DNA from: Hydrolagus colliei
Lineage: Eukaryota
DNA: 64,000 nt
Assembly: GCA_035084275.1 (NCBI GenBank)
Contig: CM068756.1
Span: 14,818,001 to 14,882,000 of the forward strand
Direction: 5' to 3'
Of the stretch, positions 35,107 through 48,910 are shown piece after piece; positions within the stretch are counted from its first letter, which is position 1, and each line of letters starts with the position of its first letter. The notes under the pieces are model-generated. The model did not search any database, was not told the DNA's origin, and saw only the letters and a list, made by a program, of their open reading frames with translations. The position numbers and the translations under genes were made by a program.

Positions 35107-37815
35107 CCTGATCTGTGACTGAGACTAACCTTAAAGCTGTGGCTGGTCTGTGACCAGGGGTTGGAGTTGATTGAGATGAGATGTGAGAGTGACGTTTGAC
35201 TTCCTGACCCTGTGGGCGCAGTTGGGGCTCTATTTTTAAAAAGCGTTTCCAGACTTTCGCCGTATGTGAGACACACTATATCAGTGAGATCCTATGAGAA
35301 GACAATTCGCCATTTGCTCACATGGCTGGAGAGCCAACCTTGCCTATTAGTTGTTGAGAGCTCGTTTCTCTAACACTTGGGTTCATTATCGTTGCTTTTC
35401 TCTCCTTCCTCCTAAACTGGCTTCAGGGAATCTCCTACGTTACTGTAACCAAAACTCTCCCTATCCCACTAGTCCTTGTCAGACTCCACTGGCTCCCTGT
35501 CACAAAACGGATCGACTTCAAGATTCTTACACTTGTCTGCAAAACACTGCCTGCCCTCCTCCTTCCTGATGTAGTCAACCGATCTTTCATCCACTCCTCC
35601 CTGAAACTAAGCAAAGCTCTCACTCATTCCCTCCTCCCCGCCTCTCCTTCCCTTATTCATATGATGAAGGAAAATGTTCCTTTTTGTGGGTGCTTAGAGT
35701 CAAAGACCTTTCTCTTCGACCGCGCCTTTGGTCACCTTTCTACCCCTGCCCCTGGCTCGGTCCCGGGATCCGCTGATGTGAAGCGCTCTGAGACGCTCTG
35801 ATACGCCGCCCGGCATGGAGGGCGCTGTATAAATCGAAGTTGTTGTTGTTGTTGTTGTTGCCTCTCCCTCACCCCCATCACAGAGCGACAGGCACAGCTA
35901 CTGCTGAGCTCTGGGAGAGGCTATACAGTGTGAATGATGCTGTAGATATATTGTTGGTTCATTCCATAACAGTTTGAGCAAATGCTTCATTTTAGTCTTG
36001 AAATTAATTGTAAAGAGCATCTTTAATGTAGGCGAATGGCCATTCATATAAATTTGTATAAAACATTTGTAACCAGAAGAGCAGCAATTAAATAGTTCTC
36101 GGGAAATTAAACCTGATTCAAAGGCGTGTAATGTAACATGTGCCCGTGTCCACCACATGGGGCTGGACCATCAATGATGACTAAGTTACCAGCTTGAACT
36201 TCACTGAACATTTTATTTTCGACAATTCAATATACGAAATCAAAGCTGTTATGTTTAGTTATGGTGTACGATACAACGATCTTTATTCTCTGTGAGTGAC
36301 CATAACAAATATCATGTGAAAATACATAATAAAAACCTTATTTTCATTCACAGCCGACCGCAGTCGTCACCCACGCAAAATAACTGCGATTCAATTTGAA
36401 CGCAATTGAAATGGAATTTGTCACACACTGAGTGCGACAAAGCAGACACACGATTCAGTTTTTAAAACGATGGAAAAAATGTGTGTTTTGGCTGACCCTG
36501 TGGCGTGATGGAAAATGAATACAGATCGAAGACTAGACGCCTTTCGGATGCTTTTGTGCAGAGGGTTCTGTGGATACTGATCCATAGATTTACTGAACAA
36601 TCCACATCATTGTCGGCAGCAGTCAGACATAGCAAAACATATTTAATGATCTAAAATCGATGTACAACTGGACTCGGGTAATGTCTTGAAAACTGTTTTA
36701 AACATTTGTACTGGTTCCGTTCGCTGTATTATATTATGTTAGTAATTGTCGGCTTATTGGAGCCAAATTGACCAACATGATGTAAAGTAGTTTGACCTGA
36801 GTCGAGGGAGAATGTCTGTGAAATTGGCAATATTTACCGGGTAGTAAACAAATAAGCGGTGGGTGATATTCCAGATATATTCCGACTCCCAAACGGTATA
36901 AATCAGATGCCCTCAACTATATATGATATAGTGTACCAGACTAGAATTTCTTAATCCGCTGGTTCCTCCAGTCAGTGCATCATTCCGTCGCTTCTGATCG
37001 TTTCTTCCTCACTTCATCTATAATTAAATAAGAAATGCAATTGTGAACATTAACAATCCTTTGATTCTATGATTAATTGTAACCAATGCTGCCGTTCGTG
37101 CTAACAAATGATATTTCACTATGAAAACATCGAGACTGTCAGCGTAAAATCTTTCAGCTATAATTTTAAACGACAATCAACCATATTCGGACAACACAGT
37201 TTTCATCGATATCGTGTCTTTCGCATTGGAAGGACGTCTGAAAGCGCTTGACACTATCGGTTGGGCAGCCGAGCTGGAGACGGAAACCAAATTCTCAAAC
37301 AACTCAAACACAGAGCTGGCTTTACTCTCAGCAGGTCAGGCACAGCGATGGAGAAAGGTAAGTGGGGAATGTTTATGGTCCATGTCCCTTCCTCAGAAAC
37401 CTTTGTTATGAATGGCCAGGGATCTGAAAAATTGACTCACTTTCCGAGAGTTTGAATTAAGCAAAATGTTATCTGATATATAGTTCTATGGAGTATTCAG
37501 CAAGCAAACTGTACGACTGTTTATGGGACTCTGTTGGGGGAAACTTGCTCCCGCGATTTGACCACAACATACACAGTCACTGCTTCAGACGACTCGGAGA
37601 CATGCGATAGCGCTTTATCAAATGCAAGGATTATTATCATTAAATCACCTGCGTTGGAATTAGAAACGGTATGTAAATAAATGTAAATAGTCTCCAGTAA
37701 TAAAGTGTTTAACAAACAACGAAAGGCAGTAAAACAAGTTGGCGTCCTGCCATCCAGGACGAGCGACAAAGATTTAACAATGCAAGGATTATTATTATTA
37801 TTATTATTAAATTAC

Positions 37816-38110
37816 CTGAGTTGGATTTGGAAACTGTGAATCTGGAGACCGCTGGAATCCAAAGGCTGGTGAGAGACACAGAACAGGAAAAACAACCCCG
37901 CGTTACACAGGCAGCTTCTCTTCCAACTACCGCAGCTCAAAACCCTGTAACGACCTTTTGAATCCCTTTCTTCACTGGAATTAATCCCAGTTTTAATTTC
38001 ATTGCCATCTTTACTCCAGGTGAGCGTTATATCTTCAGAGTCAAACGCAGCCGTTTCACACACAAGAGTCAGAGAATCTCTGCGGAATATTTTCAGCGGG
38101 GTCGGGGGGA
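37816..38110 (-). pseudogene. Relic F: C1-set pseudo-exon
   Basis: Paralog of E with a 21-nt deletion and frameshift; promoter/leader relic only ~450 bp upstream, with no V exon between. Confidence 0.85.
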
Positions 38111-38559
38111 CTGGAGGACAGATAATGGGCCAGAATCACGTTAATTGTTACCAACCACAACAACAAACTTACATCTACAGAGTATCTCTCACGTCTGGGG
38201 GACGTCGATCAGTTGGAATCTAAAACTTTATTCTAATTTGAATTCTACATTAACTGTTTCCTTGGAAGATTAGAGCAAGGAATCTACATTGTAACGGCAG
38301 GAAAGTGATATTTGTCCCCCTGGTGACAGTCACACGCTCGGGGACTTTAGATACTTTGATCGAAGAATCGTAAGCAAGTGCCAGAAACTAAAGTCAAACA
38401 CTGATACATTAGAATAATGCGCCATGGAGTAAACAGTCGAGTAAAAGAGAAACAAACATGAGCGTATATATATAATATTTGGTACATGGAAACAAGCTTC
38501 CACATATTTCATAGAGGAACTAAATGATAGAATAAACATATAACTGTTCAAATAAAAAC

Positions 38560-38700
38560 GAAGACAGACAGGTAGAGAAAGCCTGCGCTCCCCATGTCGG
38601 AATCCGGCTCCGGGGAGCTGTAACCTGCGAGTATTTGACACAGAGTAAGTAGCTGTGACACTGACTTCCTGTTTCACATTAGAGCAGCATTTCGTGTAAT
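38560..38700 (-). promoter_or_regulatory. Relic promoter / first exon of unit F
   Basis: GAAACAGGAAGTCAGTGTCACAG..TACTCT.T.TCAAAT shared with the 9.5, 41.7 and 58.9 kb cassettes. Confidence 0.5.
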
Positions 38701-39229
38701 AAGAAGCATATCCTCTGTGACATCAGCAGTGAAGTGTGGTGTGCGGCCGGTACAGCTAATTTACCGCAACAGGATCGATGGAAACATTTCACAATCCGCG
38801 CTCTGTATGTAACCTGAGAGAGCGAGACTCTTGTAATGGAATTATCCTTTGACATTTACAAATACAGCAGAACGTGTACGGTTTGAACCCGGAGTTGTTT
38901 CATATCAGGTTTGTTTTTAGCAGACACACCAATAAATCAACACCCACGCTTCAATTTATTTTACCGCATTGGACTATTGCCTCACACGTTGTTGACCAGC
39001 TGTTAGGTTAGCCCTTCCCAAGTGTTGTTTCGTTAGTACTGATGAGACAGGGTGACGAGGGGAGACTGCTTTATAAAACTTGCTTTTAATTGAAAGACTG
39101 ATTGAGCTTGCTGACCAGCGGTCAGTGGAAGTCACACAGACTTATGTTTCGGAGCGTTCAACATTAGATAGTAGCGTTTCCGCACAAAACGTTATTCTCT
39201 CAATTATGCACAAGCTTGATACTAATATA

Positions 39230-39540
39230 AAAGCAATAATAATTGCATTTGATGTAACGCCTTTGACGTTCTTCAAAATGCGCAATAGCGCTTCGCAGAA
39301 TTTACAATAAAATTATTTATTTCATCTCTATGGGGATGGAAAGCCGCAGACAATTGCACGCAGCACTATCCCACAACATTCGTTGATTGAAGCAAACGGT
39401 TTTATTGGTTTTATTCTGGAGCGATTACTATCAGGCCTGTGGAGTAAGGAAACTTGCCGAGGTTTCGACTTATCTTGAATTGAACTCGGGTACCTGACTT
39501 GCAAGGTGGGTGCTCTGCATACTGAGCTACAGAATTACAC
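39230..39540 (-). mobile_element. tRNA-derived SINE (degenerate)
   Basis: (AAT)n tail, GGAGTAAGGAAACTTGCC core, head remnant. Confidence 0.75.
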
Positions 39541-41039
39541 TAACTGTTTATTGATAGTATCAGGAGTGGGAGACCTGGCGCCCTGGGTTTAGCAATACGC
39601 CTCTTGCTTGGCATTTAAGGCTTGTAAACGATGAGCGCAGGGGAAGCTGTGAATATTCACTTGGAGAAAAGAAAGTGTTATTTACTTAGAGGTTTCCGGA
39701 TCATAAGGAGTATAAATAAACTGTATTTGTACTATACGTTCAACGAAGGAAACGAATGATGCGGAAAAAGGTGACGTTAGTCCCTCTGATGTCAATCACG
39801 GGTTCTGACATTAGTGTTACTTTGACCGAAAAATCACCAATAACTGTCAGAAGAAAATAACAAGGATTTGTACAGTAAAATAACTCTCCCATACCCCCTA
39901 AACCCCATGAATCTGAGCATCTTTGATGTGATGGTTTGTAACAAGCTGACTTGCAACACAGCTGCAGAAATGATTTAGTGAGAATGTTTATTTCCTCTTT
40001 TTATTTCCTGTCTCTCCCATCTCAGGAAATTGGGTTTGTATTGAAAGTGCAATTTGTGAGGACGCGTGATCACTAAAACTATGAGGAGTTTAACCCAATC
40101 CACAGTTAGCACATCAAAGATTTAAATGTATTATTGTGGCAGAATTCAAACTCACGTTGTGTAGGTAGGGATCCTGGGGTTGACTGATTCTAATTTGGTG
40201 GATCTTCAGATAGTTCCATACAGCTATTGATAGAAACCAATAGGCAACAAAATAATTAGATCCAAACAACTCGCCTGACATCTTGACGGATATCTGTGTA
40301 ATGTTTCTTTGTTAGTTGGGTAACAAATACATGCAGAAACCCATTGCTATGTTTAAGATCAGGCAAAGCAAACCAACAGCTCCATGGGTAGTGTGGAGTG
40401 GAGGAAATTCACATCAATGACCTCCATGCAGGGACACTTCCTGTTGACCTAATCCAGAGATTCTTAAGAACAGGCAAACACCAAGTTCTGGAGCCTCTAG
40501 TTTGTCATTTGCCAATTGACAAAGGCACTTTGCTTAAAGGGCTGTAATTGTTGATATGTAGGCAAATTCCACTGTTAATCCGCGTCACATAATGCCAGGC
40601 GAGTGATCTAGATACCGAGTACAAGGACTCCACAAATTGTTATTGATATCAGGAGTGGGAGACCTGGGTTTAGCAATATGCCACTTACTTGACGTTTAAG
40701 GTTTGTAAACGATGAGCACATGGGAAACTGAATATTCACTCAGAGAGAAGAAAGTGTTATTTTCTTGTTGGTTTCCGGATCGCAAACAGTATAATAAACC
40801 GTACTCTAATAACACTTTTAAAGATGAAAAGGAATTGTGTAGAAAAAGGTGATGTTTATCTCTCTGATGTCAATCACGGGTTCTGAGATTAGTGTTACTT
40901 TGACCGAAAAATCACCAGTAACTATCAGAAAAACATAACAAGCATTTGTACAGTAAAAATACACCCACCCCCCACCCAAAACCGATGATTCTGATCATCT
41001 TTCATGTGATGGTCTGTGACAAGCTGACTTATACAGTGA

Positions 41040-41440
41040 AACTATTTCCTGCAGTGGGAGAATCCAGAACAAGATGGTTTTATCCTCTCAACGTGAAATG
41101 TGCTCGAGAAATGTAATTTTGCTGTTATTTTGTTGCTGTTTAACTTAATATAAAAGCTATCCCATTTACTCGTGAATTTAGGAAGCGGTTTTACACCCAA
41201 AAGCTATTCGAAGTCTGGAACTCTATTTCCAAAAGGCTGTGGATCATGGATCCATTCACATTTTCAAAATGTAGGAAGATAGATGTTTGTTAGGTCAGGG
41301 TATTGAGGGATATTGGGCAATGCGCAGATGGTGGAGGGGTGGGTGGGGGCGGATGCAATTTGACTTGAGGAACTGATTAGCCATGATCTTATAAAACGGC
41401 AAATTTTAGAGGAGCTGAATAGATTACTCCGTTTTCTGTA
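41040..41440 (+). mobile_element. Old CR1 3' remnant
   Basis: TATTTCC..GTGGGAGAATCCAGAACAAG ... GAAGCGGTTTTTACACC..GTCTGGAACTC ... GATTAGCCATGATCT. Confidence 0.55.
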
Positions 41441-41589
41441 TTTCTGTGTTACCGTGTTTCATTATTTCTATATTTCTGTTTCTATGCCTTGATTCTGAAA
41501 ACATCATTTGTGGTTGCAAAAACACTCAAGCTGAATAGTGATGCTCAAACTTCGTTTTTATGTTTTATAGGTCTTCAGCCTTTGTATTT

Positions 41590-41810
41590 ATAGAATGTGT
41601 GGTTATTTTCACAGTTTTACTGAAGTGTGGTTTCACACTGCACCCAACACATCAGCTGCAATTTCATTAACCTAATGAAGCAGGAAGTCGGTGCCACAGC
41701 AATCTACTCTATATCAAATTATTTACATTAACTTATTACAACCCATGAGAACCAGAGACAGACAGAGTGAGTGTTGTCTTTCATAGAATCAGAATTTTAC
41801 AGTAAGTATA
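41590..41810 (+). promoter_or_regulatory. Inverted relic promoter and dead leader exon of the receptor family
   Basis: TGTGGTT at 41598 and 41626, CAGGAAGT at 41681, leader-like GAGTGTTGTCTTTCA, donor |gtaagt at 41802; the ATG frame hits a stop. Confidence 0.55.
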
Positions 41811-44800
41811 TGATTTCCTTACTCCACAGGGGAAGACAATATTCAGGACATATTGTAACCAACCTTTGTGTTCAGACATATATTTCTAGATATATTTTTA
41901 AATGTACCCTTCATGTTGGTAACAATAACAGCTTCAACGACAATAACACAACTTACATTTGTATAGCATTTTTGACGTCGGGGGGGATGTTAACAAATAA
42001 AGAACTTAAGAATATAAGAATGTGCTCAGCGAAAGAAGAGCAAGGCATGTCTAGTTTGCCTTCCAACAATCCAAACGTCTATTGACATGTTGTGTTCAAA
42101 ACTTTATACAGTATCCCAAGATAGTATTCCTGCTTGAAACAAACTGTACTTTCTGCTCCCAGCTCATGGTCACTCAAGGAGCTGCAATGTTAAATTTTTG
42201 TAAAATGTTTTCAGATCCTCGCCATAACAGAAATATGCTATATCGTAGACCCTCGCAGAACGCAGGGTAAAATCGCGTTCGGTAAGCTTAATAAATAATG
42301 GGAAAAAGGGGGTATGGGGAATCCATCCTCAGGCTGTCCAACCTCAAGCCTTCAGGCACATCCACACCCGACCAACGCAAGGTTCGTACTGAGGCTGGCT
42401 ACACCGGCTGGCCCGCTCTCCCCGCTCGCCACTCTCCCCGCTCTCACTGACTCCCTGGAGACAGTGAAACAGCACCTTACACTACCACAGCTTGGCTAAA
42501 TTATTTTACCTTTGGTCCTGGAAGTGTTAGGAGACTCTCTCTCTCTTCTGTTTACCACGCAATGCCATCAGGTTGCTCCGAGGCCGAGGAATCAGCGGAC
42601 TGAGGCGGGAGCTGGTGACATCCTCTCAAGTGTGCGGTGCGCGTGAAACAAACTGCACTTTTGCAGCTCATGGTCACACGAGAAGCTGAAATGCTACATT
42701 TCTGTTAAATGTTTTCAGATCCTCGCCCTACCAGAAAGATGCTATATTTGTGTAAGTGGCATTCCTATAGAATCTGTACTGAACCCTTCACCTAGAAGCA
42801 GTCACGATATTTTAGGTGCCCAATGTCAGAGTAATATGAATTATAATTATTATATGTGTGTTTCTCACATATGAAGGTTTTCGATGACTCATCTAGGTAT
42901 TTGTATGAGTGATCAACTTGTATTTATTTTTCCTTCACTTCAATAAATGAACTGTAGAGTCAGAAAACTACTGTATGCAGTACAGTACTGAAGTGCTGCA
43001 TTAATTCCTTTCATCACCAGTTGGTCAAGAGCGATGATAATAATGATCTCCCATTTGATAAACGGGTTATCATGCTTTGAAACATGGTAACGGCATTTCT
43101 CAGGATTTAATGTACTTTCTGATGCGTTACAATTTTTCACAGCAATGTCTTGCAGAAAGTCATGAAAGAAATAATTTTAAAAAAAACAGAAATCGCTGCG
43201 AGTTCTGGAGAAGAGTCGTGGACCCGAAATGTTTACTCACTTTTCCTTTCTCCATAGATGCTGCCTGACCTGCTACGTGGTCCCAGCGATTTATGTTTTT
43301 ATTTCAGATTTTCACGTTTTTGCATCAATAATATGATAATGTTTACCCGGGGTCTTTCGCTAGGAAACCGGGAGAAAATCACTTCTGTTTTGAGTATCGA
43401 TGTAAGATATTTTACCTACAGCTGAGCAGATAAAACCGACCACAGGTAAAAGTTTCACTCGCTCCCTCATCACAGGATTTTGCCCTCAACTGCTCTTGTC
43501 AATATTGAACCCATAATCTTGTGACTAAGCAACCAGAGTGCTGGTACAAGCTGACACCAAATGCTCGTCCTTGCATTTGACTGAGTGTCTTTATGAAACA
43601 GAAGTGTCTTAAAACGCATTGCTGATAAGTTACCAAATTTATTTTCAAACAAGCTAATGTTCCGTGGCAGACAAAATGCGCAATTTATTCAACATTTGCA
43701 TTCAAAACAATGCTTCGTGCACAGAATTTGATATTAATCTACCCTAACATCTCCTCCCTCCATAGGCTGGGGATCATCCAGAAGTCTGCAGCCCATGCCC
43801 AACCCATATATCAAATCACCTTATTATTTTAAAAATCTCAATCAGATCATCCTTCAATCTTGTGTACTTAAGGAAATAGAGAATTAAGATTTGGGAATGG
43901 AGAACAGAGGTATGGGGTTAATAGTATCCGAAGTATATCAATCTGGTGGAGAATCACTTTGGATACTCAGCCTTTTCGCGGGAGCACATGTATTAACTTG
44001 TTTCTTTATGCTATACATAGTGAAGATTTTTTTCTCTTCTGCTCCTTTGTTTTCTCCATGTCACATAATCGAAGAAATCGGTGTTTGACCAATATCTGAC
44101 TGAGTATCTCAGGAATCCATGTTTATTGTATGCTCCACAGTATGCAGTAGGCAGGGAATGAACAACCAGATTTGGCTTCTCTGCAGAAATATTTGCGTTG
44201 CAGTCATAATCATTTGGTACCAGATGAAGTTAATTAATCCCCGTCAAATCCAGAGACAGACAGGAGTGTCCTCTGACCTGTTTGTTTGCTGCATAATGTG
44301 CCCTTTGTGCAGGCCCTCAGGAGACCCAACAACAACACAGTTGTTACTAACCCAGGCAACCACGGCTTACAAATTCTTAGTGTACATATCACCATGATTT
44401 GTTCACACCAATGATTGATTGCAAGGCTACTGGGTATCTTTAATCAATCAGAATGGGATTTGGGCAGCACAGCAACTACTAAAAAAAAGTGAGATAATGT
44501 ACTTTGGTGACTAGCATGACTGCAAGTCAACGCATTTTTAGTCAGCCCTGACCATATCAATGTCCTTGGCATCTGGTTGGGTGCTTTCTGGGTGTGCCAT
44601 CAAAATTGGTGAGAGTGTCAATCACAGCAGCAACAACAAGAACAACAAAATTACATTCGTATTGCGCCTTTCACATCAGGAGGACGTCCCAAGGCACTGG
44701 ACAGGTTACCGCTTCAGACCCGAGCTAAGGACAGGAGGGGAGTCGCCGATGGGACCATTGAAGAGGAGAGTCTCAAGGCAAGACTTGAAGGAGGCTAGGG

Positions 44801-46499
44801 AGGGTGTGAGGTGGAAGCACTTCGGGATGGAAGTTGGGGGCAGAGAGACTGAAGGCTTGTAAGTAAGTAGCAAGTACTGCAACAGTGGTGCAAACATCCA
44901 CTATTTATCACTGGGAAAAATCTAATCAGCTGGTGTGAAGTGATCTCAGTGTTGTTGAAAATGACACATCTCTCATCCCAGACCCAGACCCAGACCCATG
45001 CCACTGTGTTCAACAGAATCATCTGCCACTTTTTCTTGAGATCCAAGATGATTGTGCCCGCAGGGCCACCATGCATAAGGGTTTAGTTATGGGAGGCCTC
45101 GATATGACAGCAGTAAATATCGCTAAGTGCCGGACTTGTATTTTTACTCAGTGTTGAGAAGGATCCATCAGGCATATCTGCCTCAGAGTGTTCCATCCAG
45201 TTGAGGCATATGGAACCATCTGTTACATGACAAGAAACAACAACAAAATTACACGTGTATAGTGCTTTTCATGTCAGGAGGACTTCCCAAGGTGCTGACT
45301 TGCAACACCGAATCTACATGTCAGGTTGTGGAGTCCATCACAGAGAGCAAGGTGGTATACCCTGCACCCAACCGGCATTGTCTAGCCTTACAATACAATT
45401 AAAAAAATGATTTGTATAGCACCTTTCACATTGGGAGAACATCTCAAGGGGCTGGGTTATCAAGAATTCAGAACTGAGCAAGGGGAGGTTGGGATAAGTT
45501 AACATAGAAGGCCACGTAAAGTATGTGCAGGATGCTGGCGCCCACTGAATGCAGCGATTAGACATGTTTATAAGCGGTTAGCTTATCATATCAAAGGGAA
45601 AGGCCATGGAGGACCTTGAATCTTGAATGTACTTTATTCTCAGTGAGATTGGGAGCCAATTGGGATTGGGAGACAGGTGAAATGCGTGGGTACCGGGAAG
45701 GTGAGGGAGTCAGGTAATGGAGTGAATATGAGCTGCAGGATTCTGGGTAACCTGCACCTCATGGAGGGAAGCAGCCAAGAATAACAACAAAGTTACATTT
45801 GTATAGTTGACGTGGTCAAGCCTAGATGTGCTGAAAGTGAGAATGAGTTATTCCTGAGCAGCGAGGCAGTGGTGAAGCTGGGTGATATTGCAGAGGTGGG
45901 ATTATACAGATTGAGTCATAGCTTGGACAATTTAGAGAAAGGATAGTTGAGCATCAACCAAGAAGCCAGGATTCCTGGTTGGGTCAGAGAGTTGGAGTGT
46001 GAATCATTGGATGGAAATGCTGCCTCTGTGTGGTTCAGAGGCGCTCATAAAAGCCAATCAGGAGTACCTTGCTGTTCTTGACGTCCAACTGTGGAAAGCT
46101 ATCTCTCCTTGGTATGATTCAATTGCAAAATTCATTTGCCAAGCAAACCCACATTGGTCCCAGCTCAACCATGGTTGCTTCAAGGACATTCACTGGTTGA
46201 CAATTAGACATTCATTAAACACATGATATAGCCTTTGCTGGATGGATATTAGAGAACAGAAATTCTCTGCATATCTCTTAATGAGCAGCATAACTAAGCA
46301 TTCAGCATAATCCCTACCCTCCTCTCCCTCTTGGGACCTCATCATCGAGACTGAGTGATGGCTGAAGTGTTGAGGAAGTCAACAAACAATATCCTCAAGA
46401 TTTCTTTCAAGCTATAAATGCAGAAACATCACTTTACAGTATAACAGTATAAAGTGCTTTCAGACATAACAATGATTCGATAAGGCCCAATACCTCTCC

Positions 46500-47900
46500 C
46501 TCAAAACCCTTCTTCTCTATCGTCCCCCCAAGCCTCTACCACCTTCCTCTCAGATCTCTCCACCCTCTTGTCTTCCCTCTCCCTTTGCTTTGAATGCCTC
46601 CTCATTTTAGGTGATTTCAACCTCCACTTCACCCAATCCTGTTCCACCACTGGAAACGTTTCCTCATTCCTTGACTCGCTTAATCTATCCCTCCAACAAC
46701 AACAAGAACAACAAAATTACATATGTATAGTGCCTCTCACGTCAGGAGAACATCCAAAGATGCTGTACAGTTACTCCTTCAGACTCAAGCTGAGGGCAGG
46801 GATGTGGGAGGGGAATAGGGAGTATAAGGAGTTGCCGATGGGTCGATCAAGGGGAGAGTCTGGAGGCTAGACTTCAAGGAGGCCTAGAAGTACGCAAGGA
46901 GGAGGGATTTCGGGATGGCATTACCCAGGGGTCTATCCTTCACCCCCTATGTTTTGATATCTAATGCTTCACCTTGGTGACATCATCCACCAACATGGGG
47001 TCAACTTTCAAATGTATGCAGATGACACCCAACTACAGCTTTCTACCTCTACCCTCAACTCCATAACTATAGCTGTCCTGACAGACTTCCTGTCAGACAT
47101 CAAGTCGTGCATGAGAGCTAACTTTCTAAAGTTGATCGTCAACAAAACTGTAGCCTTCCTGATTGGCGTGCATCAGCATCTTCCCTCACCAAGCACCGGC
47201 AGCTTCAACCTCCATGGTTGCACACTCAACCTCACTAAGCCAGTCAGAAACCGAGGTATCTTGCTCGATCCTCAACTATCTTTTCTCCCCTACATCCAAG
47301 CCTTGACCTGCTCTACCTTCTCACACCTCTGCAATATTGCCCAACTCTGCCAATACCTCACCCCCAAGGCCGCTGAAATCCTCATTCATGCCTTCATCAC
47401 ATCCCAGCTTCACTTAGCCAATGCCTTTCTTGTCAGCATTCGCAATTCCACGCTCCATAGGCTGCGAATAATCCAGAACTCTACAGTTTGTGTCCTTAAC
47501 CACCTCAAGCTTTGCAACCCCATCTCACCCATCCACCACATAGAGGATTCAATTCACGATCCTCAAATTCAAAGCTCGTCATGGACTCGCCCTACTCTAC
47601 CTCTGCAACCGCCTCATCTCTGACCAACCACTCCGCAAAGCAAGCTTTGACCTGATTCATATCCACCAACCAACCCACCCACCATTGGCGGGTGAACCTT
47701 TAAACCCTCTGCCACCAAACTCTGGAATTCCATCACTTTGTCCTTCCCCTCCCCCTCAAATCCCACCTCAAGACCCTCCCCTTTGACCATGCCATCGGTC
47801 ATCCCCACTTTCCCTCCATCCTCAGCTTAGTTCTGAAACAATATGACTTCCAACACCTTGGAATGTCATCCTAACGTGAAAGGCACGATTCAAATATAAT
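46500..47900 (+). mobile_element. L2 LINE fragments (endonuclease remnant plus RT)
   Basis: LLILGDFNLH (APE-like), then MYADDTQL, MRANFLKL, HAFITSQL, IIQNS, and tail. Confidence 0.88.
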
Positions 47901-48569
47901 TTTGTTGTTGCTGTTATCCAACTCTAATTGATAAATATACAGTCGTTCAAAGTAAATGCACTGTACAGTTCAAATTTCATGTGTAGTGAGCCAGGACAAA
48001 GAAGAAAATGTGCAGAAAGATATACCTTTATGTTGTTACATAAACAACGCAATATGGTGCACGATGTCTGCAACTCTGTGAGAAGCAATTAATAGAAAAG
48101 CCGCCAATGGATGGAAAATGTTAAAATCAACTATGCAATGCTGTTAATGTGACTGAATGAATCTCTGACAATGGAATTATTTATTGATATTTTCAAAAAC
48201 AGCAGAATCAATAGAACTTTAGCACTTAGTTGTTTCATGCTAGGTGTTTTTTCTTAGCAGTTCAATGACACTTGCTACAACTACTACCCATGCTACGACT
48301 TTTCCACTGTGTTGTATGAATTGCGCCATATTTTGTTGATTCTCTTTTAAGGTAGCGCATATCAACTGTTTTTTTTCATGAATGCCGAAAAAACAAAGTA
48401 TCAAACGAGACCTATTCATGCAATCTATGTTATTTTGCATTGAAAGGCTGTTTGATAATGTTGCACAAAACAGAAGTGCCTAACTTTTACATTCAGGTTT
48501 TGGTTTCATAGCAGTTAAAGCGTAATTCAAACCTCCTGATGAGGCATCCAAATTATTACAATACAGTAA

Positions 48570-48910
48570 CAACAACAGCAAAATTACATTTGTAGAGCAC
48601 CTTTCACATCGGAAAGTAACCATGGAGCCGGTCAAGGGAGGGGGTGATGGGATCACAGAACCTGGTGCAGGAGAGGACACGAGCTACAGAGTTTGGGATG
48701 ATCTGCCGCTTATGGAGGGAAGAGTTGTGGAGGTTGAGAAGGAAAGAGTTGCCATAGTCAAGCCTAGAGGTGGCAAAGGCATGTATAAGGGTTTCAGCAA
48801 CCTGTTGGGTGAGGCAATGATGGAGATGGGCGATGTTGCGGAAGTGATGCAAAGCGGTACTGGTCATGGCATGGATATGGGGGAGAAAAGACAGCTCAAG
48901 GACAAATAAG
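48570..48910 (-). mobile_element. L2 3' fragment
   Basis: LSFLPHIHAM..HAFATSRLDYGNSFL..QIIPNSVARVL. Confidence 0.8.
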
